Positions 57,010 to 64,000 of a stretch of DNA of 64,000 nt are shown here, one piece after another. The notes below the pieces were generated by a model. It searched no databases. It saw only the letters and a list, made by a program, of their open reading frames with translations, and was not told the DNA's origin. The DNA is from Octopus sinensis (lineage: Eukaryota): NCBI RefSeq assembly GCF_006345805.1, contig NC_043002.1:71920001-71984000 (forward strand), given 5' to 3'. The position numbers and the translations under genes are program-made. Position 1 is the stretch's first letter, and every line of letters begins with the position of its first letter.

Positions 57010-57821
57010 TGCGTTTGTGTGCATGCATGTACGTCATTATTCAGTTTATTTCAAGATTTCTTGTCAATAGACAAAGAACCGGTTTCTAACCTAGATCCAA
57101 GGCTCCTTCATTAGAATTTCAACATCAACAACAGGGTATTTTTGTTTTTATGTAAGTATGTATGAATGTATGTATGTATGTATGTATGTATGTATGTGTA
57201 TGTATGTATGTGTGTATGTATGTATGTATGTATGTGTGTATGTATGTGTGTATGTTTGTATGTGCAATTTTGTATGTTTTATGTATGTATTCTCATGCAT
57301 ATAGCTGCATATCTAGACATGCTCATATATAATTAAATGAAGGTTCTTGGCCAATAGTGTCTCACTTAATTCAAGTGGACGGTGCTAGAGCTGGTGCAAT
57401 ATTTTAAAATTTTGGTAGTATTGGGTGTTGACTTATAGAGTTCTTTTATTTGTCCGAGACAAAGGAAAAACTAAACTCCACAATAGGAAAATTATTGTGA
57501 GAAATACAGAATTACATTTTATTTCACGATTACACTTTGTAAAAATACCACATGAACATGACATCCCAAATAGAACAAAATGAAAATAAAATAAAGATTA
57601 CAATAAAATCTACACAATAAAAAAACATTTCAATCATAAAATCCTGAAAATATTTTGCTTATTGCTACCGTTTATAAAAGTACCACACAAGCATGACATC
57701 CCAAATAAAACAAAAGAAAAACAGAACAGAGATAAAAATCTGTACAGAAGAAATATTACAAATAAGAAAATATATCTTCAATCCTGAAAACATTTCACGT
57801 TATTACCATTCTTTTATTCTT

Positions 57822-57940
57822 TGTTTTTTTTTTCTATTTGTTTCGGTCATTTGACTGCGGTCATGCTGGAGCACCGCCTTTGGTCGAGCAAATCAACCCC
57901 AGGACTTATTCTTTGTAATCCTAGTACTTATTCTATCGGA
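57822..57940 (-). mobile_element. SINE family C 3' fragment
   Basis: TTTCGGTCATTTGACTGCGGTCATGCTGGAGCACCGCC...GGACTTATTCTTTGTAA. Confidence 0.85.
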
Positions 57941-58288
57941 ACCTTTGGAACTGAGCAGTGACGTCCACTTCGAGGGTAAGTATAGCTTTTGATGCAAAGT
58001 TTGGTGCCAACCCCTCCAGGATTTTCCATACGTATATCACTGCATATATACATACGTGTGTGATTTTATCTTTTATTTAAAATAAAAACAAAACAAATTT
58101 ACATTAAGAGAAAAATAGAAAGACTCTATACTTTTGTAGAGTATAAGTTTATTCTTCAGCAAGAACTTTCTGCACAGTGACATCAAAATTTCGTTCGACG
58201 ATGGCTCAACTGCCCGAAACTTCGACACTGTTAACAACATTCTTCTATAAGAAAAGTTATTCATGTGTGTGGGGGTGGGGCGTGTGTA

Positions 58289-58526
58289 CATGGTGTCCCA
58301 AAAAGATGTACTCACTCTTTGACAGACGATTACTAATTCGCAGGAATGAGAGAGAACATTCAATAATTCTACTTGACAATAAATAATCGTTTCTACAACA
58401 ATTTTTTTTTCCTGAATTTAATTTCACTTTTTAGGATTGTATGTATATCAATAAACATCTACTTCAACACAAAATGCATGAGTACTGGGAAGTCAAAGAG
58501 AGAGTACATCTTTTTGGAACACCCTG
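58289..58526. mobile_element. 238-bp Tc1/mariner-type MITE, 35-bp TIRs, TA target duplication
   Basis: CATGGTGTCCCAAAAAGATGTACTCACTCTTTGAC / GTCAAAGAGAGAGTACATCTTTTTGGAACACCCTG (3 mismatches); TA at 58287-88 and 58527-28. Confidence 0.88.
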
Positions 58527-58842
58527 TATATTTAGAGAAAGAAAACAGCGTCGTATTCTTTTTATGCAATACACGTTAGAAAATATTTCAGACGTAATAT
58601 TTAAATCGACATTCTTTGCGTTATAATTATATTATCTGTGCAAAAGTAGGGTAGCTAGTCAGAAACAGGAGTCCCATAATATTTAAATAATGACAGAAAC
58701 CAATTATTTTGCTTGAAATTGCCGAGAAAAGTGGATAATTGCATCAGTACTTGTTGCATAACCCCTTGAAACGAGTGTGTCGTTAAATATACTTGAAATA
58801 CCAATAATTGGTTTCTGTCATTATTCATATATACATATGCAT

Positions 58843-58891
<49 letters not shown>

Positions 58892-59315
58892 TGTGAGTGT
58901 ATATATGTATGTGTATACACATATATATATGTATATATACATATATGTATGTATATATATATATATGTATGTATATGTGTATGTATGTATATGTGTATGT
59001 ATATATGTGTGTGTGTGTGTATGTATTTTTCTTTATTATTTTTATTTGTTCTTTTTGTCTTCGATACGTAACTGCTAGTTTCAGTATGTCAGTAGAATAA
59101 CTTCAGTAGATAACCGATATCTTCGGTCCCCATTTAAAAAAAAAAGTGCATTATACTCGTGTTAGAGGATTAAAAGGGCAAGGCTGAGCTCGATGTGATT
59201 TAGACTTAGAAAGTAAAATGTTGGAAGAATTGGCGCAAAGCATTTTGTCCGGCATTCTAACGACTCAGCTAGCCAACGATTCTAATGCAAATTTACTACC
59301 ACTATGTATCATTGT

Positions 59316-59655
59316 GTGAAGGCACATGGCTCAGTGGTTAGAGCGTCGAGCTTACGATCGTAAGGTTGTGAGTTCGAATCCTGGACCAGGCTGCGTGTTG
59401 TGTTCTTGAGCAAGACACTTTAATTCACGTTGCTCCAGTTCACTCAGCTATAGAAATGAGTTGCGACGTCACAGGTGCCAAGCTGTATCTGCAGTTACCT
59501 TTCCCTTTGATAACACTCGTGGCGTGGAGAGGGGAGGCCGGTATGCATGGGCGACTGCTGGTTTTCCATATACAACCTAGCCCGGACTTGTACTTGGGAG
59601 GGTAACTTTCTAGGTGCAATCCCACGGTCAGTCATGACCGTAAGGGGTCTCAATA
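59316..59655 (+). mobile_element. tRNA-SINE head type A + tail Y, full length, 9-bp target duplication
   Basis: TGGCTCAGTGG A box, GAGTTCGAATCC B box; TATCATTGT at 59307-59315 and 59656-59664. Confidence 0.9.
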
Positions 59656-59674
59656 TATCATTGTAAAATGGGTT

Positions 59675-60262
59675 TCAAATTTTGGTACGATTCCACCAGT
59701 TTGAACGCAGAAGAGAGTTGATTACATCGACCACAGTGCTCAACCAGTATTTGTTTTATGGGCCCCAAAAGTATGAAAGTTGACCTTGGCAGAACTTGAA
59801 CTCAACGTTAAGATGAACGAAACGCCGCTAAACATTTTGTCCTGTGCGGTAACGATTCTTCCAGCTCGCTGTTGTAATATTGATTTCAAGTTCTGGCACA
59901 AGGTCAGCGATTTTGGGAGAGGAGTAAGTCGATTACCTTGACTCCAGTGTTCAACTGGTACTTATTGTATCGACCCCAAAAGGATGAAAGGTAAAGTAGA
60001 CCTCGGCGGAATTTGAATTCAGAACATAAAGACAGACGAAATACCTATTTCTTTACTACCCTCAAAGAACTAAACACAGAGAGGACAAACAAGGACAGAC
60101 AAATGGATTAAGTCGATTATATCGACCCCAGTACTTAATTTACCGACCCCGAAAGGATGAAAGGTAAAGTAGACCTCGGCGGAATTTGAATTCAGAACGT
60201 AAAGATAGACGAAATATCGCTAAACATTTTACCCGGCATGCTATCGTTCTCCCAGCTCGCTA
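59675..60262 (-). mobile_element. Family B SINEs: old copy 59675-59872 and two-unit array 59875-60262
   Basis: Minus-strand junction ...GTAGTAAAGAAATA|GGTATTTCGTC at 60046/60045. Confidence 0.88.
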
Positions 60263-60619
60263 TTTTTATTGTTGTAATACTGAGATGTACTGTTGATTAG
60301 TCAGTTCAAATTCTAGGTCTAATATGCAAAGAGCAACATCAACATCCTCAACTGCTGCGAATATCGAAACTGTTAGGTGATATGTGTTAACACCTTTCAG
60401 TGTGAATGCGCATACAAACGCCAGCAGTAAATTCCCTGCTTTACTTTTAAGACTCCTTTTCCCCATTGACTCCAAATTATTCAACAAGACCAACATCAAA
60501 TTACTTCATGGAATATGGTAACAGAAATAACAGAATATGGTAGCAGAAATATATGTGGCTTTTCAACTGGTCATCCTGTACACATTTGACTCGCCTCTCA
60601 ACGGGCCGTACGACTCTCT

Positions 60620-60847
60620 TTTCTTCTTTTACTTGTTTCAGTCATTTGACTGCGGCGATGCTGAAGCACCGCCTTTAGTCGAGCAAATCGATCCCAGGAC
60701 TTATTCTTTGTAAGCCTAGTACTTATTATATCGGTCTCTTTTGCCGAACCGCTAAGTTACGAGGACGTAAACACACCATCATCGGTTGACAAGCGATATT
60801 GGGGGACAAACACGGACACACAAACATACACACACATACATATATAC

Positions 60848-60910
<63 letters not shown>

Positions 60911-61315
60911 AAAGTAAGATAGGGGTTATGAGGGTAACCCACTATGGGATATCAGTTATCCAATATACTGCTGGTGAAGCAACCAAATGCCAAATACATA
61001 AATGATTATAATTGCAATGCAATTAATTCATTTAAGTTAATAAATAATATGAAATGGTAATATCTGTAAGTTGATGATTGAAATGAATTTTTTCCAGCAA
61101 TTTTCTTATTTGTATTATATATATATACACACACACACACACATATATATATACAACGGGTTTCTTTCAGTTTCCGTCTACCATAACCACTCACAAGGCT
61201 TTGGTTGGCCCGAGGCTATAGTAGAAGACACTTGCCTAAGGTGCCACGCAGTGGGACTGAACCCGGAAAAATGTGGTTTGTAAGCAAGCTACTTACCACA
61301 CAACCACTCCTGCGC
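60620..61315 (-). mobile_element. SINE family C copy split by expanded (TA)n and intervening sequence
   Basis: 3' half at 60620-60835, 5' half at 61150-61315. Confidence 0.8.
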
Positions 61316-61339
61316 CTATAACTAATAATACATTTAAGA

Positions 61340-61790
61340 GGCTCAGGCATGGATATGTAGTTAAGAAGCTAATATATCAACTACGTGGTTTTGGGTTCCA
61401 ATTCCACTGTGCAGCGCATCCTGCAAGCGTTTTCTACTATAACCCCGGTCCAAGAATTGCCTTTCAAGCGAATTTTGTGGATAGAAACGGTGTCGACGTT
61501 CATAGCGTGTGTTTGTGTGTTGTGTGTGTGTGGTGTGTTTGTGTGTGTGTGTATGTGTTGTAAGTGTCTCAGTGCATGCGCACGCGTCTTTGAGCTTGAG
61601 TTTGTCCCCTCCAGCCTGTGCTTGTCTGTTTATGTCCCTGTAATCCAGTGGTTCGGCAAAAGAGCCCAATAAAATAAAGTACCGGACTTAGAAACAAATT
61701 CTGAGACCGATTTGTTCGACTAAACACTTCGAGACAGCGCCCCAGCATGGCCACATTCCACTGACTGAAACAACTAAAAGAAACAGTGAA
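61340..61790 (+). mobile_element. Older diverged SINE family C copy
   Basis: GTAGTTAAGAAGCT...GGGTTCCAATTCCACTG...(TG)n...GTGGTTCGGCAAAAGAG...CAGCATGGCCACATTCCACTGACTGAAAC. Confidence 0.7.
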
Positions 61791-61968
61791 TAATAGACTT
61801 ATGAGTGCCTTAAATTCCATTTCGAGAGAAACAAACATTTCACCAACCTCATTCCTTTCTTTGAAAATTTCAGAAAGCATTATTTTGATCGTTATTCTTT
61901 TTTTTTTGTTTCTATATCAGGAAACATTGGAATTATTTTATTAGTGACTCAGAGCCTACATTTTATTG

Positions 61969-62033
<65 letters not shown>

Positions 62034-62494
62034 GAATGAGAGAGCAGTGCATGCCATCAAAGTGACACAGGGATAAAATATACGAAGCCCAGTATACCCG
62101 TCTGATCAGGGTACACCAGGCACATGCATCACAACCATATGTGTGCAACATGGTGATCTCATATCAAGATAAACAGCACAAGACCTTGCAGGTGGGGCCC
62201 AGTTAGAATTTTCTTCTGGGTCAAGTAACCCATCCCGCTCAAAAGGTCCCTGAATAAGGGTTGTTTAAGGATGTTGAACGAACCACCCATGTTTCCAAAG
62301 GTGAATTATCCAGACCTCTAAAAATTCCTTTCAACATACGGCTATTATACTCCCCCACTACTTCTGCTCGTGATCAGAGATGCACATATCGTCAGCCACC
62401 AAGAGCCATGCTCAACTGGTTAAGGTCAAACCACTGACAAGCAAATCTGTAGTATTGAGCAGAATATTTGCTGTAACCCATCTCTTATACCAAG
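61969..62494 (-). mobile_element. Second copy of the ~470-bp (AAT)n-tailed repeat
   Basis: Reverse complement matches 14223-14750; (ATT)n at 61969-62033. Confidence 0.85.
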
Positions 62495-63889
62495 ACAAAA
62501 CAATGTATATAACTCTTCCAATTTGTTTTGTTATTATTGTTTTTGCTAAAGAATAATGATTCCCAGAAGCCATCTTCATAGAAAAATAATTTGTCCAGTT
62601 AATGTTAATATATTTAATGTAGAAAGTATGTTCTGGATTGTATACCATACAAATTAATATTAGTCATACGAGGTTTATTTTTTTTCTCACTACATAATTA
62701 GTTTGAGTCATTAGAATTCCATTCAGTATTTTTTTCTAGCTTAACTTTTAATATTCCTGGCATCAAGTATATTATTTCTGACTTAGCTATTCGTATTTCA
62801 TGTGATTGGCGTCCTTGAATTATTTATTCTCTAAATGATTATTTTCTATGCCAATCTGACTACAATCTTCTACATTTACTTAGTGATTATTTTATCACTG
62901 CTTCTGCAAATACCCTGAGGACGATGCGCCGATAATGATGTTATAATAATGTCGAAACTTGTCTAGAGTTATTTCCCGTGATTGCCAGAAGACAATGTAA
63001 ATATGAGCCATTGACTAATATTTCTCTTTTCGTACCAGTTAGATTTTTAATGTTCCTATTAACTTGCATTAAATATAGTAATACTTGCATTACATGTAGA
63101 AATAGTACCAAGTGTTGTTTGGTAGGTTTTATTGATTTGTTAGTTAGTCTTGAGACAGTCAGACAGACAGACTGACAGGCAGACAGACAGACAGACAGAC
63201 AAAAAAAGATGTAGATAATTAGTGTCACAGCCTAATATAATTTAAACGCATCACATACAGCGCTAATTAAGATAAAGTCGACATAAGATGTTATATTATC
63301 TTTTTTCGCTGGACGATAGTATTCATAGGCTGAGTTAATTGTGTGTGTATATGAGTGGGTGGGTGTTTATGTGAGTGTCTTTGCACGTGTTCCTGAGTAT
63401 TGTTGTTTGTTTTTTTATTCCTTCGGTATTCATATAGATGTGAGATTATACCTAAATAAAGCCTTCACTGAAATAAAAGAATTGGCTGACTTTATTTCAT
63501 AAGAAACAACGGAGGAAGAATCTTAGCATCATTCCGACGGGCCTTCAAGATTTCTAAGGCAACCTTCAGGCATCATCTACTAAAATTGTGCAACCAGAAA
63601 ACAACATCTTAAGGTTTAGTTTGTTGTCCCTGATGTTTCATGCGAGCCGAGCAATACGTAACGAGGCTAAATCAGAAATAATCTGAGGTAGAAGCACAAA
63701 GCATCGCGAATGTCTTCCGGTAACTTGAGAATGGTTCGATATCGACAGTATTTATAACCTCTATTGATAACACCATTGTTCCAAAGATATGAGTTTGCAA
63801 TCCAAAAGCACAATAGAGTAACAAAATATTGATTGAAGGAAAAAACTCAAAGAAAGCTTGAAAGTCCCAAAATCTGTTACAAAATGTCT

Positions 63890-64000
63890 ACTCTTTTACT
63901 CTTTTACTTGTTTCAGTCATTTGACTGTGGCCATGCTGGAGCACCGCCTTTAGCCGAGCATGTCAACCCCAGGGCTTATTCTTTGGAAGCCTAGTACTTA
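63890..64000 (-). mobile_element. SINE family C 3' fragment, cut by window edge
   Basis: CTCTTTTACTCTTTTACTTGTTTCAGTCATTTGACTGTGGCCATGCTGGAGCACCGCC. Confidence 0.9.

Noticed and set aside
59321-59395. tRNA-like sequence with clear A and B boxes (also 150-221, 29206-29280, 43760-43834)
   Set aside because: No acceptor-stem complement; it continues into SINE body, and the 59.3-kb copy has a target duplication. These are SINE heads, not tRNA genes.
60266-60499. 77-aa hydrophobic minus-strand ORF
   Set aside because: No recognisable family, non-ATG start, it runs into a SINE boundary, and there are no convincing splice signals.

Overview
AT-rich, microsatellite-dense eukaryotic DNA made almost entirely of repeats. 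The repeat landscape (tRNA-headed SINEs carrying internal (TA)n/(CA)n, plus CR1, RTE, Dong/R4, Tx1, mariner and Penelope elements) looks like an intronic or intergenic stretch of a coleoid cephalopod (Octopus-like) genome; this is an inference, not a database result. No multi-exon host gene is visible, only one isolated 62-nt exon candidate on the minus strand (6581-6642). Most ORFs in the supplied track are translations of microsatellites. Main points of interest: (1) a Tx1/L1-type LINE sits inside a tRNA-SINE at GGTATTTCGTC with a target-site duplication, and SINE units carrying a homologous 3' tail form head-to-tail arrays at that same site at three loci, suggesting a LINE/SINE pair that targets the SINE itself; (2) at least three different minimal hammerhead-ribozyme motifs of the Penelope type, two of them duplicated head-to-head inside near-perfect palindromes (about 155-bp and 533-bp arms); (3) an apparently full-length Penelope-like element (RT plus C-terminal GIY-YIG) broken only by two +1 homopolymer frameshifts, with pseudo-LTR and inverted-repeat ends; (4) modular SINEs that exchange heads and tails, and a SINE/CR1 shared 3' hairpin whose stem differs in sequence but keeps pairing.
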